Part shown: one piece after another, positions 24,798 to 38,590 of the stretch
Position numbering within the stretch: position 1 is the first letter of the stretch
Layout of the letters: each line of letters begins with the position of its first letter
Origin: Geosiphon pyriformis uo1
Taxonomy: Eukaryota; Fungi; Glomeromycota
Direction: 5' to 3'
DNA: 64,000 bases
NCBI GenBank assembly: GCA_016748015.1
Contig: JAAOMT010000512.1
Location: 1,374,893-1,438,892, forward strand
Position numbers and translations under genes: made by a program
The notes under the pieces: generated by a model
Told to the model about the DNA's origin: nothing
Seen by the model: only the letters and a program-made list of their open reading frames with translations
Database searches by the model: none

Positions 24798-27700
24798 GAA
24801 TCATCAAATCCACATTTGGATTGCTGCCCATCAAGCAACTGAAACTCCCTTTGAAACAGAAGAAAAAAGTTACCAAACTGCCCCTGTTTTTGACCTTTTA
24901 TTAAGTGAATCAGACTCATCTACACAAACAGTTACCTCTGAACCAATGGCTAATGACCCCATGCAAGCAAACATTCTGGCCGCCCTCCAAGGTATACAAA
25001 CTGCTCTAGGAAGAAGAAACAATACCCCACTACTACTATTTAGAGGTGATGCACAAGATCCAATTGAATGGTTGGATGATTTTGAGAGAGCTGCCACAGC
25101 CAACCAGTATAATGAAGAATACAAGTTCCAAATCGTTGGTGGCTACCTCCAAGGCTCTCCTGCTATCTGGTTCTCACAAGAAACAGATGCCAATGCTCAA
25201 CACAGAATAATCAGATGGACACCAATCAATGCTGGAGAAGAAAATACCTCTTTCACTACCTGATTTGAGGCCAAGTTCAGAACTCCAATATTAATATCCA
25301 AATGGCGCATGAAATTAAAAAGAAGAACCCAAGGTCCTGGAAAAGTAGTGACTGAATATGCCAAGGCTATTAGAAAACTAATCAAATGTGTAAACTCTGG
25401 GAGAAATTGAACAGAAGAGCAGAAAATTCACTCCTTTACAAAAGGATTAAGAACTGATCTATCATATGCTCTTTGGCCCCTCCTGGCCCTGAAAGATAAC
25501 TCTACCATGGATATGGCCATTGAATTAGCACAAAGAATTGAAGATAACCAAAGGATGCACTTGAGATCCACACTACCAGTTTTTGCTCCTGCTCCTGTCA
25601 TGGCTCCTGTCCCTCAAATGGCTGCTACTTTTTTTGCCACTCACACTCAAGATCCAAATAAACAGTTAATAGACAGACTCACAGCAAATCTTGCCTGGTT
25701 ATTAGAACTCTTAGCCCAAGCAGTCAGAGAAAATCAACAACCACAAAGACCCAAATTTGAATCACACTTCAATTAGTCCCAGCAACCACCTTATCAAAGA
25801 CAACAAAATCATAGCCCACCTGTATGCTATCACTGTGGATTAACTGGACACTTTTCAAGAGATTGCAACAATCCTCCACTGCCTCCACCAGTTCCCAGAA
25901 ACAATGATGCTCAGAACAACAGACCCAACAACAACAATGTACCCAACCAAAGACCCAATCATGCCAACATCAATTTCTTTGGAGAGAATCCCCTAGTTGA
26001 AGCCACTGTTTATCAGCCTTTAAACTGATAGGCGCACCTTCAAAGAGTAAGAGTGCAAGCCAACCAGAAGAAAACCTCTTTTACACTTTTAACTTAACTG
26101 ATGATGACCATGACATGGATGAATTAATAATCAACCCCTCTGAATTCACAAGAAAGAAGAAGAAAGCCAAAGTTGATTTTGTTCTGGACCCCAATAAAGC
26201 TTCTACATTAACTGCTGACAAACAATGAGCCCCCAAAAGCCAAAGTTTTTAAGAACCCTTCAAAGCTGGAATCCCCAGAAATAGTACAAAAATCCGGTTC
26301 CTATTCTGTTGTCAAAGACCTTATAGAAACCCCAGCACATATAATCTTTGGCCAATTGATGACCCATCCACAATTCAGAAAAGATTTTTGCAAATCCCTA
26401 ATTCCAAAGAAAAAGACACCCAAAACCAACAAATGCTCTCGCCAAGTTGGACTTGCTGACAATAGCAATGTTACTCCTCTAATTTGTAAAGCCCAAGTGG
26501 TTGGCTACTTCATTGATTTGATCCTAGACAGTGGATCATCTGTTAGTGTTATTGCCAAACACTTTCTTGAAGCAATTGGCAGAAAAATTGATGAACCATC
26601 CACATGACCAATGACCAATGTGCATGGTGATAAGAAGAAAGGACTCAGCATAGCCAAAGCTATTCCTGTCTGCATCAATGGCATTAGCATTGAAACTGAC
26701 ATGGAAGTGTCTGAAGCAAAAGAATATACCATCATTGTTGGCAATGAATGGCTCAAGAAAGCAAAGGCTTTGCTTGATTATAAACTCTGTGAACTAACCA
26801 TCAGATGTGGTGAGAAACCCATTGTGGTTAAGTGTTACCATTAGACAACTCCCTCAGTACCCAAGCAGAGCCCAGAAGAAAATGAATCAGATGAATCAGA
26901 TGATGAAGAAAATAAGGAAGAAGAAGAACAAAAAGAACAAGAAAAAACTGCTGAACTCACCTATATCATCTTCACTAGCAATGGCAAACCACTGGATAAT
27001 GTCAAGACAAATAAAGAAGAAATCATTGTCAATGGCAAGCTAATCTGCTGGCCTTATTATGACATGCTCAGAAGAATCTTTGACAGAAAGCCAGGCAAGA
27101 AAGCCAAATACAGTTATTGGTGACATGGTCCTTGTGCCTGGTGCTGGTGCAACAAACCATTGTATTCTCCTAGTGATGAATGCATGTCCTGCCTGATTCA
27201 TTACAAAGATTGGGAACCAATCAGCTTGATACTCCATGAGAAAATAAAAGAAGTCCAAAAGTCCTTTAAAAACAAACCACCTGAAATCCAATCACTGGTT
27301 GTAGAACAAAGAAAATCCTCTCCAGAAAAAAGAAAAATAGACATTGAAAACCTGCTGGCTAGAAACAGCCCAGTTGTCTCAAAAAAAGGTAAACCTCCTG
27401 GATGTATGCATGTGATACAACACACTATCATCACCAGAGAAACTCACCCCATCCATTTGAAACCCTATCAATCCAACTGACGTAATGATAAGTTTATCAA
27501 AAAGGAAATAACCCGAATGAAAACCCTTGGATTCATACAGGAAACCAAGAGTGAATGGGCATTTCTGGTTGTAGTGGTATCCAAGAAAGGAGGAACCTTA
27601 CACTTTTGTGTTGACTATTGCCAATTAAATGCCATTACTGAAAGAGACATGTACCCACTTCCCAAGATTGATGCAATGCTAGACCAATTCCATGGTGCCA

Positions 27701-28713
27701 CTTTCTTCTCAATCATTGACTTAACTGCTGGATTCTGGCAAATAGAAATGGATCCAGAAAGCAGAAAGAAAACTGCCTTTATCACCAAGTATGGCACCTA
27801 CGAATTCACAGTCATGTCTTTTGGTCTCACAAATGCTCCTCTCATCTTTCAACGCTTAATGGACAAAGTATTTGAATCAGTAAAAGAAAACTTTGTTCTA
27901 GTCTATTTGGATGACATAATGATATACTCAAAAACCTGGGATGAACACCTTGAACATTTGCAAAAGGTTTTTGACCTCCTTAGAAATGCTGGCCTCAAGA
28001 TCAATCCAATTAAATCATTCTTTGGACGTCAATCCACCCAGTTTCTTGGCCATCTTATTACAAAAGATGGAATTTTCTCTGATCCAGCCAAAATTGAAAA
28101 AGTTCAAAACATTAGACAACCAATAAATGTTTATAAACTACGCTCTTTTCTTGGTTTGGCCTCTTATTACCATAAGTTTGTCAAGAATTTTTCCAAAATT
28201 GCCACTCCTTTTAATCAGCTACTTAGAAAAAACATCAATTATCACTGGGGCACTCATCAACAAAAAGCATTTGAAATTCTGAAGGAAAAACTGGTTACAG
28301 AATCCATTCTCATGCAACCTAATCTGGATTAACCTTTTATCCTCCATACTGATACATCTGGCTATGAACTTGGTGCTGTTCTTTCCTAGAAAGATGAAGA
28401 TGGCAAGGAACATGTTGTAGCATATGTTAGTAGAACTCTCACACCAGCAGAAAGGAACTACTCAGTCACTGAGCAAGAATGCTTAGCAGTAGTTTGGGCT
28501 ACCAGCTACTGGGACAAATATCATAAGAGTGTAAAATTTTTGGTGGTAACAGATCACCAAGCTTTGGTTTGGCTATACAATAAAAAAAACCTGGAACATA
28601 AACGGATAACTTGCTGGATACTCCACTTGGATGAATTTGACTATGACATTCAACACCACAAAGAAGCTAATTATCAAAATGCCAACATTCTCTCCAGACT
28701 TACCATCCAGTAA
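24798..28713 (+). pseudogene. Element B gag (to 26028) and pol (26019-28713: PR, short Cys motif, RT, RNase H); no dUTPase seen
   Basis: ORF-track fragments 24298-28332. RNase H ends ...NANILSRLTIQ followed by TAA TAG. Confidence 0.88.
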
Positions 28714-28778
28714 TAGCAAAACCCTCTCAAACCAAACCAACTTAATTATTTGTAACTCCCCCACAAACAAACACGATA

Positions 28779-30091
28779 ATGGACTTAGACAACTACTCTG
28801 CCTTAATGGAATTTTTGGATAAAGAACAATACCTGCCGGATTATACTCAACAGCAAAGAGAACATTTGTGTAAACAATCAAATTTCTATTTAATTCGCCA
28901 AAACCAGTTATATAAAAGAAATAAAAAAGATCCTGACTGTTCCCAGAGAGTCATTAGATTTGAAGAAAGAGAAATTGTGATCTACAATATGCACACTGAT
29001 CCATTAGCTGGACACTTTGGAAAAACAAAAACGATTCAGAAAACTTTAGCTTGCTATTATTGGCCTACCTTGAGAAAAGACATTGCTGAATACATTAAAA
29101 CCTGTGATACCTGCCAAAGAAGAGGAAAACCCAATCGCAAGGAAGATATCCATTCAATCTTTGTTGATCAACTATTTGACAAAATTGGTATAGATGTTGT
29201 TGGACTTTTAACAGTAATTCCTGATGGCAACAGATACATTATTACAGTTACCGACTATCTTACAAAGTGGGTAGAAGCAAGAGCCACCCCAGATCAAATA
29301 GCATTTTCAATTGCCAATTTCATTTATGAAGATATTATCTGTCACCATGGCTGCCCCAAAAAACTTTTATCTTATAAAGGAAGAGCTTTTCTCAGTACAT
29401 TGGTTGAAGAACTTTGCAAAAAAATGGGAATATGTCATAAACTCTCTTCTTCTTATCACTCTCAAACAAATGGCCTAGTAGAATGTTTCAATAGAACACT
29501 ATGTGAAACTCTAGCCAAAACCAGTGAAGAAACCAACCTATAGGACAAAGTATTGCCTTCAGCTTTGTTCACCTACAGAACTGTGAATCATGACATAACA
29601 AGTTATGAACTCTTTTATCTGCTCTATGGACGAATGGCAACTCTACTAATAGAAATGGATATAGAAACAATACCTTTTGAAAAAATAACAATAGGAGATT
29701 ACAAGAACATTTTGCAAAGAAGACTTGGTATTATTCTTGATTCATTGGTAGAAGCATGGATAATTGCCTTTGAAAAGATAAAACAGTTCCAAGAGAAGCT
29801 CAAAAAAAAAAGATCTATAAAACACTTTCCTTAAGTGTTGGTGACTTAGTTTTGGAATACCATTCAGACAGAAACAATGTCTATGGTGATAAATTCTCCA
29901 GCCGCTGGAAAAGACCTTTTATAGTTAACAAAGTTTTGAATAATGGTTCATATATCCTACAAGATCAATATGGAACAATATTCAGTAATCACCCTGTTCA
30001 TGGCACATGACTCAAAAAATATCACAAATGACCTGATTGGTTACCTGTTGTGGTAATACCAACCCAAATGATCAGCAAAAATCAGATATAA
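28779..30091 (+). pseudogene. Element B stand-alone integrase ORF (HHCC, DDE, GPY/F-like tail, no chromodomain seen)
   Basis: MDLDNY...HTDPLAGHFG...CDTCQ...IGIDVVG...DYLTKW...QTNGLVE. Confidence 0.88.
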
Positions 30092-30132
30092 ATAAATGCA
30101 CCATTCCCAAAACAGAGGTATCTTCAATCGAC

Positions 30133-30786
30133 ATGAACAATTATTTCTTGGATCAAAACATTCAAAATGCTTTCTATACTTTCCATGAGTACTGAATCAA
30201 AAACTATCCAAATGTTACTCTGACTATCAGAAAACAAACCACCATAACAGATAACAGTGGAACTCACACTGTTATCAGACCAAAGAAAACAACTACCAGA
30301 AGAGAAAGAATTGGTGGCAAAATGGATAAATACCTGCTGGAAAGCATAACAGCAGCGATACTTTCATCTTCCAGCACAATTGGAAAAATGATACAAGAAA
30401 TCTTGCCCATAGACAAAAACTTGTCATATGGAAGACAACTAAAACTCTATGGTCGTCTTGGTGAAATCATAGAAGACATGAAGTTTATGAAGAAAACAAC
30501 TTCAGAGATACAAGGGGAAATTTTGATTATATGATTGGATGTCCCAAGAGTTTTGATCATTGCTAAAAGAGCCAGAACTCTTATACAAAGATTTGGTCTC
30601 TTGGATACAAAACTTATTTCACCTCAAGTATTATATACCCTATCCACAAAAGACTTCAACAAACTAGTTAGTTTTGAGTTAGACAAAACCCTTTACATAG
30701 ACTATCCCATAAATAGCTTGATTTCACTGGAGCTCAATCTCTTTGGAGAGGATAATGTTATGGTTGAAACTCATAGTTTTTATTAG
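30133..30786 (+). pseudogene. Element B ORF3, unknown function, runs through the PPT into the 3' LTR
   Basis: A single frame MNNYFLDQNIQNAF...KLYGRLGE...AKRARTLI...ISPQVLYTLSTKDFNKLV with two TGA stops compatible with CGA>TGA. Confidence 0.7.
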
Positions 30787-32784
30787 TTATCACATGTATT
30801 AGCCACTGATGTTATATAATTAGCCACCCTATTTTTAGATAGTGATTGTTGACCTGATCAATGACCTGATCATTGACCTGATCATTAACCTGATCGTTGA
30901 CCTGGTCATTAATCACTTTAGATAGCTATATAAGCAATGATTCCCTTAGCTATAGAAAAACATGATCAAAGTAATGAAATAAACAATATTAATTACTTCC
31001 TCTCATAATCGCTTATTCCCCTTTCCTTACCTTTAAGTATCTACTTGTTGGTATTTACATACCTTATCTTTTCCCTTTCTTGATTTGTATTTGTTAGAAT
31101 TAGTCTGAAAAACAATTGGCTTGCTCTTGTAATTCATTGAATAAAGAAACGATTGAAAAGCACAACAATACCTGTTATTGATTCTAAGAATTGCCAAGTT
31201 GAGGCATAAAATAATAGCAATAGTGTTATCTTGTTGACAATTATGGACTATTTTTCTACCTTCAAATTTAAGAAAAGATTAGTGATTGTGATTTTTATGA
31301 GACTGATCACACACATTGAATTCCTACTTATTCAATTTGCTCTCTTATTGTAATTCCCTCTTTGTTTATTTCCATTACCATACAATACTGTTCTCCCTTG
31401 CTATCCATTAGCTTGTTACTCCAACCCATAACAATAGGAAGGTCTTGGTTATTAATTTTGTTTTTTTGCTTCTAATGCTCTTGCTATATATACATAATTT
31501 AGGTTCTATGAAATCACTTACATTCTTAAGCAATGTGTTATAATTTTTTAAGCAATATGCTCACATGCTAACTACTACTTTCCTATTGGTCTATTTGTTT
31601 TTCTACTATTTTCTTTTATATATTTTTTTTATGAATAACATTATCTTCTCCTTTTAATATTAAGCTTTGTCAAAATCTTCACTTTAAATTAAGTCTAATA
31701 CTTCTTTTTTTAATACTGTTTGTTTAACTTTGTTTTTTATATTTTCAATTTGTACATTGTTTATTCTTCCCTATTGGTTAATGTTGATTGTCTCCATGTT
31801 GGGATGTAACAATATTTCTGGATAATTTTAAAATATCATGTATAATCAATAGATTTGTTTTCTTTCTAATAATATTTTCAATATTTTGTATTATTTCTTG
31901 ATTGAATATTCTTTTGGTTTTATCAAAATATAATTTCTGAATGTTCAACTTTTGTCCTAACTGATAGTAACAATATAGTATTAGAAGTTGTTCTGTTCAT
32001 TGTTTCTAATTATCTTTTGAAAGTTTTTTTGTTAGAATTATAATGGGTATTTTCCCAAATGTGTTCTTTACTTTTTCTACTATTTTATCTGACCAGTTTT
32101 TTAATTGTTTTTGTAGTCACTGGTATGGTATACTTTTTCTTTTTGTTTGGTGTTTTGATAGCAGATTGTTAGGTGGTTGATATTAATTTTCATGTTTAAT
32201 TACTGTTAACCTAAGGTCTGAAACAATTGTTGAACTAAGGTGTGAATATAATCTGGTATTTCCATTTTCTTTGTTGCTTTTGTCACATATACTGTGTTTT
32301 TATATACTTTTTTAGTTGTTCAATTTGACATGTTTGGTTCAATAATTATGATTGGTTTTAGATCTTATGGAATCTCATTTGGTTTGACTAGTATTTGTTG
32401 TACTCCCAGTTGTGGAATATTATTGGTACAGTGAACTCTCTTTATAATTACACATTTTGGTCAGCACATTTATGATGATTATAGAGAGATGAGATTATAA
32501 AAAATAATTAATATCTTATCACATGATTTATATATTACATATATAATATAATAACCAATTATAAATATTTTATTTAAAAAAGCTATCTATTTGCAACTGT
32601 TTTTTCTCTTCTTGAACTTTGAGAACAGTATTATGAATTAATGTTCTCAAAGTTTTAAAAAACTCTGAATCAACTTTTTTACTATATTGCTCTTCACAAT
32701 AGCACAATATATCTTCAAGTGCAGTTTTATCTTAATGTGTAGATAGCAAAGACAAAAATTCATTTTCATTTTCACTTTCTAAAT

Positions 32785-33246
32785 CTAATTCATTGCCCCA
32801 GAATCTTCCATATTAGCCACCTTTTAATACAATTTGACAGCTTGATCCATGTTCTGATTAACACATTTGCCATTAAAGTAGCAATGTCCTAATCAAGTCA
32901 TTGCTTCAAAATTTCTTACATCACTTGCTTTTTGATACAATTTGACAGCTTGATTCATGTTTTAATTGACACTTTTACCATATTGATAGCAACAACTTAA
33001 TTGAGTTATTGCTTCAGAATTCTCTGCATTAACAGCCTTTTGATATAATTCAACCTCTTGACTTTTGTTCTAATCAATACCTTTATCATGCTAATAGCAA
33101 TAACTTAAATTGTTCATTGTAGTAAAATTCTCTACATCATTTGTCTTTTAATATAATTTAACAGCTTAATCCATGTTCTGATTAACATCTTTGCTGTGAA
33201 AGTAGCAATTTCCTAATTTATCTATTGCTACAGAGTTTCCAGCATT
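32785..33246 (-). pseudogene. Sel1-like repeat (SLR) protein pseudogene, four 36-aa repeats
   Basis: One frame: NAGNSVAIDKLGNCYFHSKDVNQNMD*AVKLY*K...LSYCY*HDKGID*N...ELYQKA...LSCCYQYGKSVN*NMNQAVKLYQKA...LGHCYFNGKCVNQNMDQAVKLY*K. The 108-bp periodicity matches the Sel1 consensus (A...LG.CY..G.GV..D...A..LY.KA). Confidence 0.88.
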
Positions 33247-35585
33247 TAAACAGAATGGATGATGAAAATCTTATTCGAGATTTTTACATTTTTAAAAAAT
33301 ACCTCCAAACAGCCACAACAATTAACATGACAATAATAATTCAGTTTGCTGTTACTCATATAAAAAAAACAGATATAGAAAAATAGTAGACCAATAAAAA
33401 AGTAGTAGTTAGCATATAAGCATATCACTCAGCAATGTAGAACAATGTCAAGAAAATATGGCATATTGCTCAGCAATGTGAGCATTGCTTAAGAAATTAT
33501 AGCACATCACTCAAGAATGTGAGCAATCTCATAGAACCCAAATTATGTATATATAGTGATAGCATTAGAAGTAAAAAAAGACAGATCTTTCTATGTAGAT
33601 TTCATCTAAGTGACCTTCTACTTCACAAATATCAATAAATAATTATTCTCTATCTCAAATTTACTCTCCACTATCAACACTTTATGTTGATAATAATTGA
33701 TACTTAAACATACTGAAACAACAGCTCTTAATCATGGCTATTGATGGAATACTAACTTGCAATTGCTTTTACTTACTTCTTTTATTTTCTTTTATTTTAT
33801 TATTTCTTTGTTTGACTAATCAATTAAAGATTAAGCACTGAGTTATTGACATCAAGAATAGCCTGGTAAAAGACCCTAAAAAAAGGGTATAAAAATTATA
33901 TATATTAACAGATAGCTTACCAAAAGAGCATCTCTGCCAAGATTACTGGCCACTATGCTAAGAAAGAAACTTGACAGAATTGCAATTCTGAGAGACTATT
34001 GAAAAGACAGCAATTAAATCTTTCTATTATACAAAAGATTCAACTAAAATCTTCAGACACAAACAACACTTTCTAATATCTCCAAGCAGAACAATCAATT
34101 GAGCACCAAGTTACAGGTTTGTTATTTGATTTAAGACCCCAAATAATCACTTGTAACATTTGGTGTTTCCTGTAAGATATAATCCTATTGAGAATGGCAC
34201 CACTAACAATCATTCAAAAGTGGCAGAATCAGAAATTATAGAGACAAATCATTTAGGATTTGCCAAATTCTTATTTCAATAGTACAGCTAACAATTAGGA
34301 CTAACCAACAACCATTATTCAGCAGAATCCACTTTTAACTTTTACATCAACAAAAAGATCACAAACTGTTTAAGAGGAATAGTTGACATTGAATTAGCAA
34401 GAAAAAACTTTTACACAAAATTATTTCAACACACCAACTTACCAAGAAACTACAGTTTCACACAAATTATCAGGGAAATCAATCAAACTATTAAAAGGTA
34501 CACCCAACAACAATTTTCTATCACATACACAGACAAAGGCAAAGAAAGATTGCAAACCCCAGCAGTAACACCCAAAACAATACAACCACCCACTTGAAAG
34601 AAAAACAGAGTTGAATCACCAACAAACCCATTATACCACTATACACTCGGAAGCACAATCAACATCATATCAACAGGCATGTCCACATTAACCACGACAT
34701 CCACATTTAGATGATTTTCATTTCAGAGTAAACAAAGGAAAAAAAATCTTCTAGGACTATATGGCACATATTTTGAAGAATTTAAGTTATGGTTGCCAAT
34801 GCCATCAGGACTTTGATCCCTGCCACCCCAACCAGATTTCAAAACCACAAGTCTCTGAAAAGTAACAAAATTGGAGAAAAAACAGAAAGAAGAGAAAGAA
34901 AAATCTGAATATCAAGAATTTACTTACCAAAACCTGATTCCAGAAAACCTGGAAATTAAAACCCCAAACTTTCAAACTCAGCAAAATCTAAACTTAGAAA
35001 ATCCAGAAATCGGAACTCCGAATATTCAAATACTGCCAAATTAAGACAATCCAAACCCTGAGTTAATTAATCAGCAAAACTTATCTTCAGTAATTATCAT
35101 TGATTAGCCACTAGTTAAACCAATCCAACTGCAACAAATACTACTACAACAATTACAACAGCTGCTTCAACAGCCGCAACAACAACTTTAACAACCAAAC
35201 TTGGATCCAAAAGCCTATGTTCTAATAGCAAAACTTGAGAAATTCACTGGTGAAAAAGACAATGCCCAAATATGGCTTAACGACGTTGAAAAAGCCATTG
35301 TGGCCAACAGATAGAATGACCCAAGAGCACTCCAAGCCATTTTTTATTTCTTATAGGATACCGCCAACTTATGATATCAAAGTTTAGTTGCCAAACTCCA
35401 AACATTCCAGGAATTTAAAATCACATTCTTAGGATACTTCAGTAATAATAATAGCATTAACCAATTGGCAAACACTTTCACCACCATTAAACAAGAAGAA
35501 AATGAAGCAGTCACTACTTACTTAAGACACTTTCACAAAAATTTGTGCCAAATTCAGACCATATAGGCTGATTATTTCACAGTGC

Positions 35586-36572
35586 TGTTACCAGATAAAA
35601 TTAGAGATATTATTTAGCATAAAATTACTCTTATAATTTCTATTATTAATTAGCACATATTATCATTTCAATTTACCATTTATTATATTATCAAAATATT
35701 CGAAATTATTATTTAATTAATAAATCAACTTGTACAGAACACAAATGTAACTTAATTGCGATGATCAATTATGCAATACCCCAAACTATGTAACATTTAA
35801 GAATTCGCTGAAATTTGTAGAAATTCCCCGAAATAATTGATAGTTTACTGAAATATTCAATAGTTCGCAGAAATAACTTGTAGTTCACCAAAATGTAGCT
35901 TTAGTTCAGTGAAATTGTAGAAAAAAAACAAAGTTCAAGTTCATAGAATAGAGTTATGACAAGTTGTATAAAAAAAGAGCTTCTCTCTTTGAGAAAATGT
36001 ATCTTACTTTTAGATTTAGTAATTAGAATCATTTCTATACACACAAAAACAAAATAAATATTAAATAAATTTGAAAAATCAAATTCTCAATTATTTTCCT
36101 TGAAATTAACCAATTTCTACCAACAGTTTGAAATTGACTAGCTACCAATTTCAGTAAACTGTTAAAGCACTTCCAGGCCTAGATCTGAAACAACTTCCAT
36201 AAATTATTTCACTTTGCTTTTACATTTTTTTTATTTTTATTTTTTTATTTTTCTTTTTATAAATCATTAGAGTAGCCTACAGACGAGAATTCCTGTAGAA
36301 GAGTTGACTTTCACAGTAAAATAACTACACATTTTAGTGAGCTTCCAGACAAGCAATTTCTGGAAAAGAGTTGATGTTTACTACAATGTAACTACACAAG
36401 TAACTGGCATGGAATTGGCCATTCCACTTATAAGCCCAGTAGTTCAAATTATAGAAGATAATTTGAAGATAAATTCAGTTACTGGAGGTTCAACCACATC
36501 CAAAAAATGTGAATTCATAACAAACAGGCATCAACAACATTTAAAAAAAGAGACCAAAAATCTCCGGTAACA
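35586..36572 (+). mobile_element. Solo LTR (family Y) inserted in the gag of element C; TSD GTGC
   Basis: TGTTACCAG...GGTAACA, with GTGC at 35582-85 and 36573-76. Homologous to the LTRs of E and F. Confidence 0.95.
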
Positions 36573-38573
36573 GTGCCACAAATTCTAAATCAATTCATTA
36601 AAGACCTGTGTAGTAGCATCCTCCAACACATGCACCCAATGCATTCAATAGACCTTTAAGCCACAGTTACAAATGTTAAAAATTTTGAAGCCACTGAACT
36701 CAAAGCTAACCATGCTCAAGCCATTAATCTGGTAATAAATAGATCATCTAAATTGGATTCCAAATTGAAACAATTTAGTGATTCTATCAATCAGAAATTA
36801 GAGGAATACTTAGCTAACAATTGCACAATTTATCAACCACCACAATGATGCAACAATTCCGGAAATGCAAATCATTTCCAGAATCAATTGCATTCAACAT
36901 CTTTAATCAATCAACAATGACAGCAGGAGATGCATGCTTGCCACTATTGTGGTAAACAAGAATATTTACAGTTTGAATGCTGTAAATGGCTAAATGAACA
37001 AAGATCAGGCCATCAGTATTGAAACTCTGATTGCCAACTACAAACTCAGAATTATGTCAGTAATCAATTACCAAAAATATATTAACCAAATTATCTACCT
37101 ATGACACCACAGCCAATCTATCAACCACCAATTTATCAGCCAACAACACTCATCATTTATCAGCCACAGTCTCAGATAATTTATTAGCTCCAACAAATTC
37201 AAGCACTACCACAGAACTTACCTTAAAATAGAACCCAAAGACCAAGACTGACACAATAAAGCTGGAGATTGTTGATGATCATCTATCAACCAATTCTCAG
37301 TTCCTCGAACCAGCCATCAAGATCTCGACAATAGAATCCAGGCACTGGGAACTCTCAAAACCCAAATTCCCAACACTATTTAAGTCTTCTGGTCTTCCCA
37401 GAAAACACCCAACCCAATAACCTAGAAACCAATTAACAACTAACCTTTACCAGTAACATTCCACTAGCTACCATCACCAAGAACAAATTACTGAATGCCA
37501 TCTTCCCATTTGAACTCAAAAAACTGTCGATCATACCGTTATTTAGTGGAGCCACTCTAGAAGAAAAACTTATTATCACCATGTACACTGATGCCAAAGT
37601 TAATGGCCACTTTATCAAACAGATCCTAGACAGTGGATCAGCTGGTAACATCATTACAAAACAACTTATGAACCAATTAGGTTATCAAGTTGATCACACT
37701 GCTAGTGCCAGGATTATAACCACTGTTACTCATAAAAATATAGGGAATATATATTAGCATAGTTATTAACCAATCAGAAGTAGACATAGTAAAATGTGGA
37801 ATTTCAGAATTCCTTTCAAGAATTGCAAGATTTCAGGAATTACAAGATTTTCACAAGGAATCACAGGATTTCAGAATTCCAAGATTTTTTTCAAAGAAAT
37901 TGCAAGATTCCAGAAATCTCAGGATTCTTGTTGTGAAGAATTGAGGAATTGAGGAATCTTATAGCAGTAGAATTAGAAGCTAAAAAGACAGACCTCTAAG
38001 TTTAGATTTCATTTAGACAACCTTCCAAACACAATAAATAACTATTTGGTATCTCAAACTTAATTCCACTATTAACACTCTATGTTGATAGTAATTGATA
38101 ATTAAACACATTGGAACAATAGCTCTTGATCATGACTATTGACAAGATACTGACTTGCAAAATCATCTTGGCTTATTTATGATTTTCTTTTATTTCTTTT
38201 CTTTATTTTATTTTGATTTTATTGTTGTGCACTAATTGGTTGAATAAAGTGCTAGATTACTGATGTCAGAAATTGCTTGGTAAAAAACCCCTGCGAGAGG
38301 GTAGGACATGTACAAAAGATACAGAATACTTACCAGAGGATTGCTGGCCATTACGCTGAGAAAAGAATTGACAGAATTGTGATTCTGGGAAGCTACAGAT
38401 AAAACAACTATTGAATCTCTGTCCATTATACAAAAAACTTAATCTGAAACCTTCAGATACAAAACCTTTAGATACAAAACCTTCAAATTAATAATATCAA
38501 TGCAAATAACTTTTAGCACCAAGTTACAGGTTTGTTATTTAATTTAACACCCTAAATAATCACTTGTAACATT

Positions 38574-38590
38574 TGGTGCTCCCTGTGAGG
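38574..38590 (+). promoter_or_regulatory. Primer-binding site of element D, probably for elongator tRNA-Met
   Basis: TGGTGCTCCCTGTGAGG lies 2 nt after the LTR and is complementary to a tRNA 3' end ...CCUCACAGGGAGCACCA. A decayed copy, TGGTGTTTCCTGTAAGA, is at 34161 in element C. Confidence 0.7.

Larger units (their letters stand above)
23876..31433 (+). mobile_element. Gypsy element B, full length and decayed; 5' LTR from 23876 (runs into the gap), 3' LTR 30756-31433; TSD ATAG
   Basis: Direct repeats start TGTTA and end TAACA. ATAG lies at 23872-75 and 31434-37. PPT GGAGAGGATAA at 30745-55. Contains gag with CYHCGLTGHFSRDC, protease LILDSGS, RT YLDD, RNase H and integrase. Confidence 0.95.
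23321..32430 (-). mobile_element. Gypsy element A (family X), 5'-truncated: 3' LTR 31640-23321 (split by element B), PPT, ORF3 and the integrase tail
   Basis: TGTTACAG at 23321 is the reverse complement of the family X LTR end. The LTR resumes after 31437 and ends at TAACA 31640, next to the PPT. Region 31641-32430 is homologous to 55880-56670 and 62480-62610. Confidence 0.85.

Noticed and set aside
24254-24919. Long ORFs in the ORF track spanning the first N run
   Set aside because: Artefacts of translating N.
30133-30786. ORF3 as an envelope gene
   Set aside because: No signal peptide, transmembrane helix or furin/fusion-peptide pattern in any copy.
36337-38426. Small ORFs inside LTRs (36337-36570, 38232-38426; also 57118-57312)
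   Set aside because: They recur only because the LTRs are repeated; there is no coding signature.
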